From contig JAYOTF010000008.1 in assembly GCA_038150265.1 (NCBI GenBank), forward strand, positions 1 to 64,000: a stretch of DNA of 64,000 bases, in the 5' to 3' direction. Below are positions 29,866 to 39,133 of this stretch, in pieces. Source of the stretch: Deltaproteobacteria bacterium. Lineage in GTDB: Bacteria; SAR324; NAC60-12. The notes beneath the pieces are model-generated. The model ran no database searches and was not told the DNA's origin. It saw nothing but the letters and a program-made list of their open reading frames with translations. A program made the position numbers and the translations under genes. Each line of letters opens with the position of its first letter. Within the stretch, counting starts at the first letter, position 1.

Positions 29866-30765
29866 ATGCCGCCTGCCACCCCGAATTGCCTCCGCTGTCA
29901 CGACTCCCACGTCTTTGTGCACACCGTCTCCGGCCAGCGTTACGCCCGGGCGCGTCTGTGTGACTGCACCCCCAAGCCGTGCCCCACCTGCGAGGGGTCC
30001 GGGTTTGTGCTGACGTACGATGAACAGGACCGGGAGACGGCGATGGCGTGTCCGGATTGCAGCCGCCTGAAGCGCCGCCTTGAGCTGTACAACGAGGCAC
30101 GCATCCCGAAACGGTACCTGCACAGTCGCCTTGACCCGCAGGATCAGGATGGAGAAAACTCGGCGGCCTTCGGATTGCTGGAAGTGACGCTCCGGAACCT
30201 GCCCCACCACCTGCAGCAAACCGAATCGCAGCAGGTGGAGCGAGACCTCAAGGGGCTGGTGCTGATGGGGCCTCCCGGAACCGGAAAGACGCACCTGATG
30301 GCCGGATTCACCTACCGCTGCACCGTGGAGCTGGGCATCTCCTGCGTGTTTCAGGGCTTCTCGGAACTGCTTCATGAACTCCGGCAGGGCTACAACAACA
30401 ACCAGTCCGACATGGAAATCATTGGCCCGCACCTGCAGGCGGATGTGCTGATCATTGACGACCTGGGGAAGGGCCGAAACAGCGACTGGGAGCTGAGCAT
30501 CCTGGATACCCTCATCTCGGAGCGCTACAACCGGGACCGGATGATCATGATCACCACCAACTACACGGAGCATGAGGAAAGCACCCTGCACGAGCGCGTC
30601 CTCAAGCGCGAGCGCAACGAGCCGGCGGCTCAATTCATGGCCGATACGCTCCGGACGCGTGTGGGCGAGCGCATTTACTCACGTCTGCGGGAGATGTGTT
30701 ACTTCGAGGAGCTGCTGGGACGGGACCGCCGACAGGCTGCTGAAACCGAGTCGCTGAGCGTTTGA
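29866..30765 (+). CDS. DnaC/IstB-like AAA+ ATPase with N-terminal Cys-rich Zn-binding region
   Basis: CLRC, CDC, CPTC and CPDC; ARIPKRY; Walker A GPPGTGKTHL; Walker B LIIDDLG; ITTN; RIYSRLREMC. Confidence 0.85.
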   Translation: MPPATPNCLRCHDSHVFVHTVSGQRYARARLCDCTPKPCPTCEGSGFVLTYDEQDRETAMACPDCSRLKRRLELYNEARIPKRYLHSRLDPQDQDGENSAAFGLLEVTLRNLPHHLQQTESQQVERDLKGLVLMGPPGTGKTHLMAGFTYRCTVELGISCVFQGFSELLHELRQGYNNNQSDMEIIGPHLQADVLIIDDLGKGRNSDWELSILDTLISERYNRDRMIMITTNYTEHEESTLHERVLKRERNEPAAQFMADTLRTRVGERIYSRLREMCYFEELLGRDRRQAAETESLSV

Positions 30766-30766
30766 C

Positions 30767-31384
30767 ATGACCCTTGAAGCCTGGCTCACTTACCTGGCTG
30801 CCACCACGGTGCTGCTGGCGATCCCCGGACCCACCATTTTGCTGGTCATCAGCTACTCGCTCGTCCGGGGCCGGGCCGCCACGCTGCCGCTGATCCTGGG
30901 CGTGACGCTGGGGGACCTGACCGCCATGACGGTCTCGTTTCTGGGGCTGGGGCTGCTGCTGCAAACGGCTGCAGTGCTGTTTCAGGGACTGAAGTGGATC
31001 GGGGCCGCTTACCTGGCCTACCTGGGCTTCCGGATGTGGCGGGAGCCGGTTGAGACGCTGGAAGACGCCGACGCCGAGGCCCTCCGGAAGTCTGGGCGAG
31101 AGATGCTCTGGCGCTCCTGGCTGACGACGGCGCTCAACCCCAAGGGCATCGTGTTCTTCCTGGCGTTTGTTCCGCAGTTCCTGGTTCCAGACCAGCCGTT
31201 TGTGCCTCAGGTCGTGGAACTGGGCGCCACCTTCCTCTTCCTCGCGGCTCTGAACGTGTTGGCCTACGCGCTCCTCGCCTCACGACTGAGCGGATTCATC
31301 CGCCGTCCACAGACCCGGACCTGGCTGAACCGCGCCGGCGGAGGCCTGCTGCTCGGGGCAAGCGCCGCGACGGCCGCCACCTGA
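30767..31384 (+). CDS. LysE/RhtB family amino acid exporter
   Basis: IPGP, LKWIGAAYLAYLG and LNPKGIVFFLAFVPQF. Confidence 0.92.
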   Translation: MTLEAWLTYLAATTVLLAIPGPTILLVISYSLVRGRAATLPLILGVTLGDLTAMTVSFLGLGLLLQTAAVLFQGLKWIGAAYLAYLGFRMWREPVETLEDADAEALRKSGREMLWRSWLTTALNPKGIVFFLAFVPQFLVPDQPFVPQVVELGATFLFLAALNVLAYALLASRLSGFIRRPQTRTWLNRAGGGLLLGASAATAAT

Positions 31385-31399
31385 TTTCCCCAAAAAATT

Positions 31400-32941
31400 T
31401 TAACTGACGGGCCGGTCGAGGCTCCGGTACTGGATTGCTTCTGCAACATGGGTGGGGGTGACCCCGCCGCTGCCCTCGAGGTCGGCAATGGTCCGGGAGA
31501 CCTTGAGGATGCGGTCATACGCCCGGGCGCTCAGGCCCATGCGAGAGATGGCATTTTCCAGCAGTCCCTGTGCCTGCGCATCAAGAGGCACGAGGTCCTC
31601 CAGCTCCCGCCGTGTCATGGCCGCATTGGAGCGGGTGGGCGAGTTCCGGAAGCGTTCCTGCTGGCGCTGGCGGGCGGCCACCACCCGCTCCCGGATCTGT
31701 GCGCTGCTTTCACCGCGTCGCGTTTCAGCAAGGTGTGCGTACTCCACGGCTGGAACCGTTAGCTGCAGGTCAATGCGGTCCAGCAGAGGACCCGAAATGC
31801 GGGCCCGGTACTTCTGAACCTGTGGAAGCGGACACTGACAGTCGTGAGGACCGCTTCCGGGAGGGGTGCCGAAGTAGCCACAGGGGCATGGGTTCATTGA
31901 GGCCACCAGCATGAAGCTGCACGGAAATTCAAGCGTCATGGCGGCCCGGGCAATCGTGAGGCGCCGGTCTTCCAGAGGCTGCCGCAGCAACTCCAGAACC
32001 GTCCGAGGAAATTCCGGAAGCTCATCGAGAAAGAGGACCCCGTTGTGGGCCAGGGAGATCTCCCCCGGACCCGGAATGCTGCCTCCGCCCACCAGCCCTG
32101 CCTGCGAAATCGTGTGATGGGGACTCCGGAAGGGACGTTCGGCAAGGAGCGGCACCTCGGCCGGAAGCAATCCGGCAATGCTGTGAATCTTGGTGCACTC
32201 CAGTGCCTCGTCAAACTCCAGCGGAGGCAGGATGCTGCCCAGCCGTCGGGCGAGCATGGTCTTGCCAGAGCCCGGGGGGCCCAGCATCAACAGGTTGTGC
32301 CCTCCAGCGGCAGCGACTTCCATGGCCCGCTTGACGGCCTCCTGCCCCTTCACATCCTGAAGGTCCTCTGCTGAGGAGCGTTGATTCTGAAAGAGCGCCA
32401 GCGGGTCAATCGGTGACTCCGGAAAGTCGGCTTCTCCCCGGAAGAAGGCGAGCACATCAGCGAGCGACTGGACCGGAACCCGCCGCACTCCGGAAACCAC
32501 GGCGGCTTCGGCTTCATTGGCCGCGGGCAGAATGAGCTGATGCAGCCCCGCTTTTTGAGCCGCCAGCGCAATGGGGAGGATGCCCCGGATGGGACGCGTC
32601 TGGCCATCAAGCGCCAGCTCGCCGACCACCAGTGACTGCTGGAGCGCCTCTGGAGGAACCAACCCTGCTGCAGCCAGCAGCGCAACGGCAATGGGGAGGT
32701 CGAAGCCGGAGCCTATTTTTCGCAAATCTGCCGGAGCCAGGTTGACGACCATCTTCCGGACAGGAAGGGCGCAACCCGAGTTGCCGATTGCTGCAAGGAT
32801 GCGGTCTCGGCTTTCCCGGATGGTGCCATCGGGCAGGCCGACGATGGTGAACTGACTGAGGCCAATCGAGAGGTCCGCCTCGACTTCAATGAGGTGGGCT
32901 TCAATGCCGAGCACCGTTGCCGAGTAGGCCTTGGCAATCAT
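31400..32941 (-). CDS. comM: YifB/ComM Mg-chelatase-like AAA+ ATPase
   Basis: VGLPD, NLAPADLRKIGSGFDLPIA, GPPGSGKTM, PFRSPHH and GEISLAHNGVLFLDE. Start moved to ATG 32941. Confidence 0.93.
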   Translation of the reverse strand: MIAKAYSATVLGIEAHLIEVEADLSIGLSQFTIVGLPDGTIRESRDRILAAIGNSGCALPVRKMVVNLAPADLRKIGSGFDLPIAVALLAAAGLVPPEALQQSLVVGELALDGQTRPIRGILPIALAAQKAGLHQLILPAANEAEAAVVSGVRRVPVQSLADVLAFFRGEADFPESPIDPLALFQNQRSSAEDLQDVKGQEAVKRAMEVAAAGGHNLLMLGPPGSGKTMLARRLGSILPPLEFDEALECTKIHSIAGLLPAEVPLLAERPFRSPHHTISQAGLVGGGSIPGPGEISLAHNGVLFLDELPEFPRTVLELLRQPLEDRRLTIARAAMTLEFPCSFMLVASMNPCPCGYFGTPPGSGPHDCQCPLPQVQKYRARISGPLLDRIDLQLTVPAVEYAHLAETRRGESSAQIRERVVAARQRQQERFRNSPTRSNAAMTRRELEDLVPLDAQAQGLLENAISRMGLSARAYDRILKVSRTIADLEGSGGVTPTHVAEAIQYRSLDRPVS

Positions 32942-33087
32942 GGAGACCGGAGGGGAGTGGGTTGAAAACAGTCCAGCGTGCAAACGCGGGTAAGTCGGCA
33001 ACCCCCAGGCGGGAAGGGGTGGCAACCGGAAGAACCGGCTGCCGAAGCAATCAGGGGCTCAGAGACGGAAGGCTGAGCAGGAGCGGG

Positions 33088-35682
33088 TCAGCGATACCGA
33101 ATCGAAGGGTCCTCGTTGGAGTCCCTGGAGTCGTGGGTGTTGATGTTCTTGACCACCTGGTCGACAAATTCGGGAAGCACCTTGGCAATCGCCTTCTCCA
33201 CGGAGCGGGCGATCATGTCTTCCACCAGGCGTTCAATCTGTCCGCGGGACATGGCCATGGCGCCCAGGGTTGCACTGGAGTCTTCAGGCTCCTGAGACAC
33301 CGGTTCCGGCACCTCGGCAGCCACCGGCTCCGGAGCCTCGCCTTCTGTGTAGCGGGCGTGCTCCAGGAAGGCCTGCTCGGCTTCTTCCCAGCTGTCGAAG
33401 GTTTCCACGGGCGCAGACTCAAACTCGGGCGCAGGCTCTGCTTCCGGAAGCGCGTCAAGGGGCTCTTCATCCGAGTAGCGCTCGTATTCGAGGAAGGCCT
33501 GCTCCGCGTCTTCCCAGCTATCGAAGGTCTCCTCGGCAAGCAGCAGGTCCTCTTCTTCCCGAGGCTCGTCCCAGGATTCCGGACGCTGGTCAAGTTTCTC
33601 AAACTCCTCTTCGTCGAGGTAGCCATCGAGGGACTTGATCATGAACTCCCGGATGCCATCGCGAGCCTGATCCCACGATTCTGAAACCTCGTCCAGCTCG
33701 CTTTCGGGCTCAATGTCTTCGGCCAGTTCGCTCATGCCCCGGTCGAGGCGCTCAAGCTCCTGAAGGTCGGCATCGTCCAGCGGAAACTCCTCTTCCTCGA
33801 GGCCTTCCAGGTGAGCGGGTTCGAGCTCATCGAGCATCTCCTGCTCGTAGTTGCCAATGGACTCATGCAGGCCGGCTTCGATCTCTTCCATGGACGAAAT
33901 CTCCATGAGCTCTTCAGCCGAGGGGTGAGGTCCATCTGAAGGCAACTCGACTCCACCTTCAGCAAGGATGGTGTTGTCGAGGACGTTGTCTTCAACAGTA
34001 GAGAGGGCAATCTCGACCAGCAGGGAGTCGCGCTCGTCCCCTTCTCCCACAGGCACTGGAGCAGGTGCGGCTGAACTCGCCGAAGCGACGGCGACCGCAG
34101 GAGCCGCGTCTACAGAAGCCGGAGCGTCCAGGGCCGAGAGCTCCTCGGTTTCCCAATCGCCTCCGGATGTGTCGTAATTGGCCTCAGGCAACTCCTCTTC
34201 CGGGAAATCATCCAGGGACTCGCTGAGGGCGAAGTCATCTTCTGGCAGATCGTCGAGTCCGGATTCAGCGAGAGCAAAGTCATCTTCTGGCAGATCGTCG
34301 AGTCCGGATTCAGCGAGAGCAAAGTCATCTTCTGGCAGATCGTCGAGTCCGGAGACCATTTCCTCATCGCTGGCGGTCAGCAGGATGCCGTCGCCGTGTT
34401 CCAGTTCGCTGGGAGACGCTTCCTTGAGTTCAAAGCCATCTTCAATGGTGAGAGCGTCTTCCTCGTCCAGCCGGATGTCGGTGACGTGGCGGCGTTCCTG
34501 ATTGGGAACCGTGCCTCCGCTCCAGGGGTCTGGGGTGGCTTCCATGGGCTCGGATTCGAGGTCGATGTCGACCAGGCTTCCGGAAGAGTGCAGCGAGGCG
34601 GCCTGTCCGTTAATGGGTGCGGCGGCCGGTTCTGGTTCCAGCTCAATGGGTTCCTGTTCGGGAGAGTCCAACTCCATGGGCTCCAGCTCGAATTCGTCTT
34701 CGAACTCGTCATCAAAGCCCATGTGCTCCTGTGCGATCTGGTCTTCCATCTCGGCATTGAGGGTCCGGGAAGGTGCCGGAGCGCTGGGTTCTTCTTCCAG
34801 AGAGGCTGTTTCCAGAGGTTCCAGGGGCTCGTCTAGCGGCTCATCAAAGGGGTCTGGCAGGTCGTCCGGGAGGTCAGCAGCAGAGGACGTCTCCGATTCG
34901 GATTCGAGAATGAGGTCGTCGTCCAACTCCAGTTCGAGGTCAAACGCGTTCTCATCAAGGGCGAGCAACACATCATCATCTTCTACAAATCCAGAAGAGC
35001 CGCTGGTGTGTGTCTTGGCAGTCATGACGTCCTTCAATGCTTGTGAGTCCATGCGGGGAGGCCGCCTGTCGGGGGCAGGTTCTTGGCCAAAGAAACTTTC
35101 TAGGGTGACCGCTGCCGATCGCAACGGGGGGAGTTCGGGCAGCGACGTGCTGCTTGCATCGTCGGTGATCTCGCTTGAAAAATCAACATCCGGCGTTTCG
35201 GTGACCTCCGGAGGGTCGTGCTGGATCAACTCGAGGAGTTCCGAGTCAAAGATCCGGGCCGAGTCCAGGAGCGCCGTCTGGGAAGGAGGCACCGCGGAGA
35301 TGAGGGCCTGTGCGAGGGATTCCGAAAGGTGCTGACGGATCTGCTCATGAAGCAACCGGATCTCAAACGGCTTGCGGAGCTGACCAGCGATCCCCAGCTC
35401 ATGGAGGGTCGCGTCATCAATGGTGTCGCGTCCGTTGAGCAGCAGCACCAGCGGCACCCGCTGCAACGAGTGGTCATGCCGCAGGGTCCGGCAGGTGCGG
35501 TAATTCCGGAGGCGGTCGCTGTTGCTCAGGAGGATCAGATCGGGATGAACCTGACGGGCCTGCTGAACAAATTTGTTGGGGTCCAGCTCCTGGTGGACCT
35601 TCAATAGTCCGTCGGGGAGGGTGGAGGCAATCATTCCCTGGATTGCCGCACTTTCTTCAAGGACAAGGATTGATTTCTGCAT
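33088..35682 (-). CDS. Pseudo-receiver domain protein with long acidic disordered linker and C-terminal helix (RomR-like architecture)
   Basis: N-terminal receiver fold (ILVLEES, PDLILLS, LRKPF), several hundred D/E/P-rich residues, and C-terminal VEKAIAKVLPEFVDQVV. Confidence 0.7.
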   Translation of the reverse strand: MQKSILVLEESAAIQGMIASTLPDGLLKVHQELDPNKFVQQARQVHPDLILLSNSDRLRNYRTCRTLRHDHSLQRVPLVLLLNGRDTIDDATLHELGIAGQLRKPFEIRLLHEQIRQHLSESLAQALISAVPPSQTALLDSARIFDSELLELIQHDPPEVTETPDVDFSSEITDDASSTSLPELPPLRSAAVTLESFFGQEPAPDRRPPRMDSQALKDVMTAKTHTSGSSGFVEDDDVLLALDENAFDLELELDDDLILESESETSSAADLPDDLPDPFDEPLDEPLEPLETASLEEEPSAPAPSRTLNAEMEDQIAQEHMGFDDEFEDEFELEPMELDSPEQEPIELEPEPAAAPINGQAASLHSSGSLVDIDLESEPMEATPDPWSGGTVPNQERRHVTDIRLDEEDALTIEDGFELKEASPSELEHGDGILLTASDEEMVSGLDDLPEDDFALAESGLDDLPEDDFALAESGLDDLPEDDFALSESLDDFPEEELPEANYDTSGGDWETEELSALDAPASVDAAPAVAVASASSAAPAPVPVGEGDERDSLLVEIALSTVEDNVLDNTILAEGGVELPSDGPHPSAEELMEISSMEEIEAGLHESIGNYEQEMLDELEPAHLEGLEEEEFPLDDADLQELERLDRGMSELAEDIEPESELDEVSESWDQARDGIREFMIKSLDGYLDEEEFEKLDQRPESWDEPREEEDLLLAEETFDSWEDAEQAFLEYERYSDEEPLDALPEAEPAPEFESAPVETFDSWEEAEQAFLEHARYTEGEAPEPVAAEVPEPVSQEPEDSSATLGAMAMSRGQIERLVEDMIARSVEKAIAKVLPEFVDQVVKNINTHDSRDSNEDPSIRYR
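34232..34353. repeat. Intragenic 45-bp tandem repeat, about 2.7 identical copies (encodes SGLDDLPEDDFALAE on the minus strand)
   Basis: Unit AAGTCATCTTCTGGCAGATCGTCGAGTCCGGATTCAGCGAGAGCA starts at 34232, 34277 and 34322. Confidence 0.95.
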
Positions 35683-35857
35683 CCGTTCCTAACGTCTGAG
35701 CAAAGATTCGGCGTCTGCCTTACCCTCAGATGCAAGCGGGGGTCCACGCCTTGGCCTCCGTCTGGTTTCCGGCCCTCAAATCGCAATTGACTTTGAGTTT
35801 CTCAGAGGGTCGCTTACGCTGAGCTGTTTCCTGACTGGTCCCTGATTTTTGGTTGGC

Positions 35858-36910
35858 ATGCCCTGGTTGATCGCCCGTTACGTGGCCTCTGAATTCCTTC
35901 GCTTCTTTCTGCTGCTGCTGGCGGCATTTGTGATGATGATTCTGGTGGGGAATGTCTTCAGCAACCTCTCTGACATCTTCACGAGCTGGGAGGCCTTTCT
36001 TCGCTTTTGGCAGGAGACGGCGTTGCAGCTGCCGCAGATTCTGGAGCTGGTGGTGCCAGTGACCGTGCTGCTGGCGACCATTGCGTGCTTTGGGGCCCTG
36101 AACAAGACCTCAGAAGTGGCCGCCATGAGCGCCTCCGGAATTGGAGGGTGGATCCTGGTTGGGCCGATTCTGCTGCTGACGCTGGTGATCGGAGGCATCA
36201 ACTACAGCCTGCAGCACTACGCGACCCCGTGGATGATGCAGAACTGGACCCAGCAGGAAACCCAGAAGCGCCTGCCCTCGCTGTGGCGACTCGGAGGAGC
36301 CGACCAGCTCTACCACATTGGCGTCCGGACGCGCTCCAATGAGGTCCGGCGGGTGACGCTGTTTCGCTGGGAAACCGAACCCTACCGGCTGAAGGAACGG
36401 ACGAACCTCGGGCGCGGGCGCCTGCAAGACCAGTACTGGCAGTTTTCGCGGGTGGAGCAGAGCTTCTTTGAAGGCGCCGGCATGCTGGTGCTGGAAAACA
36501 AGGAAACGGCATTGCCGCTGAATGAGTTCCCCTCAGTGAACCTGACGCAGTCCCGAGACCCCCACCACCTGCCGCTGGAGCAGGTTTATCAGGAAGCCAT
36601 CCGGCTCAGCCGTGAGGGGCAAGACGTCTCGCGGTACTGGGTGGAGCTGCACCAGAAGTTTGCCTACATCGTGGCGTTGGTGGTGATGGTGCTCATCGGC
36701 TTTGCCCTGTCGGCGTCTCACGACCGCCGTGGCACCACTGCAGAGTCCCTGGCCCTGAGCTGCTTGCTGGGGATTGTCTTCTGGATGCTCAACCAGATCT
36801 TCCTGGCGTTGGGCAGCACGGGCTACCTGGCCCCCTGGTTTGCAGCATGGGGCAGCAGCCTCATCTTCCTGACCCTGGCCACCGGGTTGCTGATCAAGAA
36901 CCGCCTATAG
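35858..36910 (+). CDS. LptF/LptG family LPS export permease
   Basis: 3 TM, periplasmic beta domain, 3 TM, with SEVAAMSASG, ELHQKFA and LAPWFAAW. Confidence 0.85.
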   Translation: MPWLIARYVASEFLRFFLLLLAAFVMMILVGNVFSNLSDIFTSWEAFLRFWQETALQLPQILELVVPVTVLLATIACFGALNKTSEVAAMSASGIGGWILVGPILLLTLVIGGINYSLQHYATPWMMQNWTQQETQKRLPSLWRLGGADQLYHIGVRTRSNEVRRVTLFRWETEPYRLKERTNLGRGRLQDQYWQFSRVEQSFFEGAGMLVLENKETALPLNEFPSVNLTQSRDPHHLPLEQVYQEAIRLSREGQDVSRYWVELHQKFAYIVALVVMVLIGFALSASHDRRGTTAESLALSCLLGIVFWMLNQIFLALGSTGYLAPWFAAWGSSLIFLTLATGLLIKNRL

Positions 36911-39118
36911 CAGCTGCCCCAGGTTTTGGGAAACGTCCTGCAGTTGGTCCGGAAGGTAGGTGTAGCGCACCAGCGTCTGTTCGGACTCCACGGCATGCCG
37001 CACCGCCTGTTCCGTTCCCACCAAAATCACCAACTGCTTGCCTCGGGTCAGAGCGGTGTAGAGCAGGTTCCGCTGGAGCATGACGTAGTGATGCGTGGTC
37101 AGCGGAATCACCACCGCGGGGTACTCGCTTCCCTGAGACTTGTGAACCGAAATCGCATAGGCCAGCAGCAGCTGGTCGAGGTCCTTCGACTCATAGGTCA
37201 CCAGCCCCTGATCAAACTCCACCACCACCGTCCGGGTATCGGTATCAACGCTCAGGATCCGACCCGTGTCTCCATTGAAGACTTCCTTCTCATAGTCGTT
37301 CTGCTGCTGCATCACCTTGTCGCCGAGGCGCAGCAGGCGGTTCCGGTGCTCCACCGCTGGGCCTTCCGGGTTGAGGACCTGCTGCAGCTTTTCGTTCAGG
37401 GCAACCGAGCCCGTCACGCCTCGGTGCATGGGCGTGAGGACCTGAACCTCCTGAAACGGGTCGAGTCCGAAGCGTTTGGGAATGCGTTCTGCGACCAGAG
37501 TGGCAATCTTGTCGGCCACCTGCTCCGGGTCGGGCTCTCGAATGAAGTAGAAGTCCCGCAGCTCGGCTCCGGAGGCCACCCGGTCCAGCTCGGGAAGGAT
37601 GCCTCGCCGGATGCTGTGGGCATTGACGGTGATGCGGCTGTCCTGGGCCTGCCGGAAGATGCGATCCAGCCGGGCGACGGGGACGAGTCCGGACTCAATG
37701 CAGTCCCGCAGCACCGAACCGGGGCCGACCGAGGGCAGCTGATCGACGTCTCCCACCAGCAGCAGCCGTGAAGAGGGGTGAATGGCCTGAAGCAGCGCAT
37801 CCATGAGCAGGGTGTCGATCATGGACGACTCATCAATGACGATCATTTCCTGCTCCAGGGGCAGGTCTCGGTTTCGCTGAAATCCGAGGTTGTTGGCTTC
37901 CAGCAGGCGGTGGATGGTGGAAGCGGGGGTGCCGGTGGCTTCGTTCAGACGCTTGGCGGCTCGTCCCGTTGGAGCGGCAAGGGCCAGGTTGGGGATCTGG
38001 GCCCGGATGAGCGCCAGGATGAAGCGGACAATGGTCGTCTTCCCGGTTCCGGGACCCCCTGTGATGATGAGGACCTTGTGCTGAAGCGCCGCTTCCACGG
38101 CTTCGCGCTGGGCGTCGTCCAGGCTCAGGCCCAACACCTGTTCCTGCTGCTGAATCTGGTCCCGTGGATCTGGAAGCGTGGTCAGCGCTTCACTGTGGAG
38201 GACGCGCATCAGGTTTTCAGCCACCCGGCGTTCAGCGTGGAAGAGCTTCAGCTGCGCAAAGCGGGGCGTGTCTCCTCCGGGAAGTTCAACGATCTGCTTG
38301 CTTTCCAGCAAAGGCGCAAAGGCGGGCTCGGTCACTTCCGGAGAAATGCGCAGCTCGCGCTGAGCCATCTCAACAAGGCTGCTGCGAGGGAAGCAGGTGT
38401 GTCCGTTGATGGCCTGTTGCTCCAGCAGGTAGATCAGCCCAGCCTGGGCGCGTTCGGGAGAGTTTTCGTCAAATCCCAACCGACGGGCAATGCCATCGGC
38501 GGTGAGGAAGCCCACGCCAGGGAGGTGGGTGATCTGGTAGGGGTTGTGCTGCAGATTCGGGATGCTGTTGAGGCCGTACTCGGCAAAGATCTTCTGAGCG
38601 ACCGAAGGCGCCACGCCCAGTCCGTGCAGGAAGCTGAGGACGTCTCGCATGCCCTTTTGGTCTTCCCAGCCGTCGATCAGGGTCCGGTACTGGGTTTTGT
38701 TGACGCCCTTGACCCGAAGGAGGGACTCTGGGGAGCGGTCGAGGATCTCGAAGGTGTCGGTGCCGAACTTGTCAACAATGCGCCGCGCAGTGGCCTCGCC
38801 GATGCCCTTGAAGACACCGGAGGCGAGAAAGCGCGTGATGCCCTCCAGCGTGGAAGGCTGGACGGGCATGAACTCCTCAATGACAAACTGGGGGCCGAAG
38901 GTCCGGTGCTCCTCCCAGTGCCCCTTGAGCCGGAGTGTTTCCTGCTCGCTGACCTGAAACAGCGTCCCCTTGACCGTGACGAGGGTGTCGCCGTCTTCCA
39001 GGAGGAACTTGGCAATCATGAACCCACGGTCTGGCTGGGAAAAGACGACCCGCTGCAGCGTGCCCGTGAGGACCTCGTCGAGTCCCTCAGCCTCCAGGGA
39101 GAAGGGCGCATCAGCCAA
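36905..39118 (-). CDS. recD2: ATP-dependent RecD2 helicase
   Basis: N-terminal OB/HhH (KGIGEATA), TGGPGTGKTT, APTGRAAKRL, DESSM, GDVDQLPSVG and AISVHKSQGSEY. Confidence 0.95.
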   Translation of the reverse strand: MADAPFSLEAEGLDEVLTGTLQRVVFSQPDRGFMIAKFLLEDGDTLVTVKGTLFQVSEQETLRLKGHWEEHRTFGPQFVIEEFMPVQPSTLEGITRFLASGVFKGIGEATARRIVDKFGTDTFEILDRSPESLLRVKGVNKTQYRTLIDGWEDQKGMRDVLSFLHGLGVAPSVAQKIFAEYGLNSIPNLQHNPYQITHLPGVGFLTADGIARRLGFDENSPERAQAGLIYLLEQQAINGHTCFPRSSLVEMAQRELRISPEVTEPAFAPLLESKQIVELPGGDTPRFAQLKLFHAERRVAENLMRVLHSEALTTLPDPRDQIQQQEQVLGLSLDDAQREAVEAALQHKVLIITGGPGTGKTTIVRFILALIRAQIPNLALAAPTGRAAKRLNEATGTPASTIHRLLEANNLGFQRNRDLPLEQEMIVIDESSMIDTLLMDALLQAIHPSSRLLLVGDVDQLPSVGPGSVLRDCIESGLVPVARLDRIFRQAQDSRITVNAHSIRRGILPELDRVASGAELRDFYFIREPDPEQVADKIATLVAERIPKRFGLDPFQEVQVLTPMHRGVTGSVALNEKLQQVLNPEGPAVEHRNRLLRLGDKVMQQQNDYEKEVFNGDTGRILSVDTDTRTVVVEFDQGLVTYESKDLDQLLLAYAISVHKSQGSEYPAVVIPLTTHHYVMLQRNLLYTALTRGKQLVILVGTEQAVRHAVESEQTLVRYTYLPDQLQDVSQNLGQLL

Positions 39119-39133
39119 AGCGGTTCCTGCCAG

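Noticed and set aside
29866..30765. IstB-like ATPase considered as part of an IS21 element or prophage
   Set aside because: There is no IstA transposase, terminal inverted repeat or phage gene nearby.
34232..34353. Direct repeats considered as a CRISPR array
   Set aside because: The units are head-to-tail with no unique spacers, are in frame within a CDS, and there are no cas genes.
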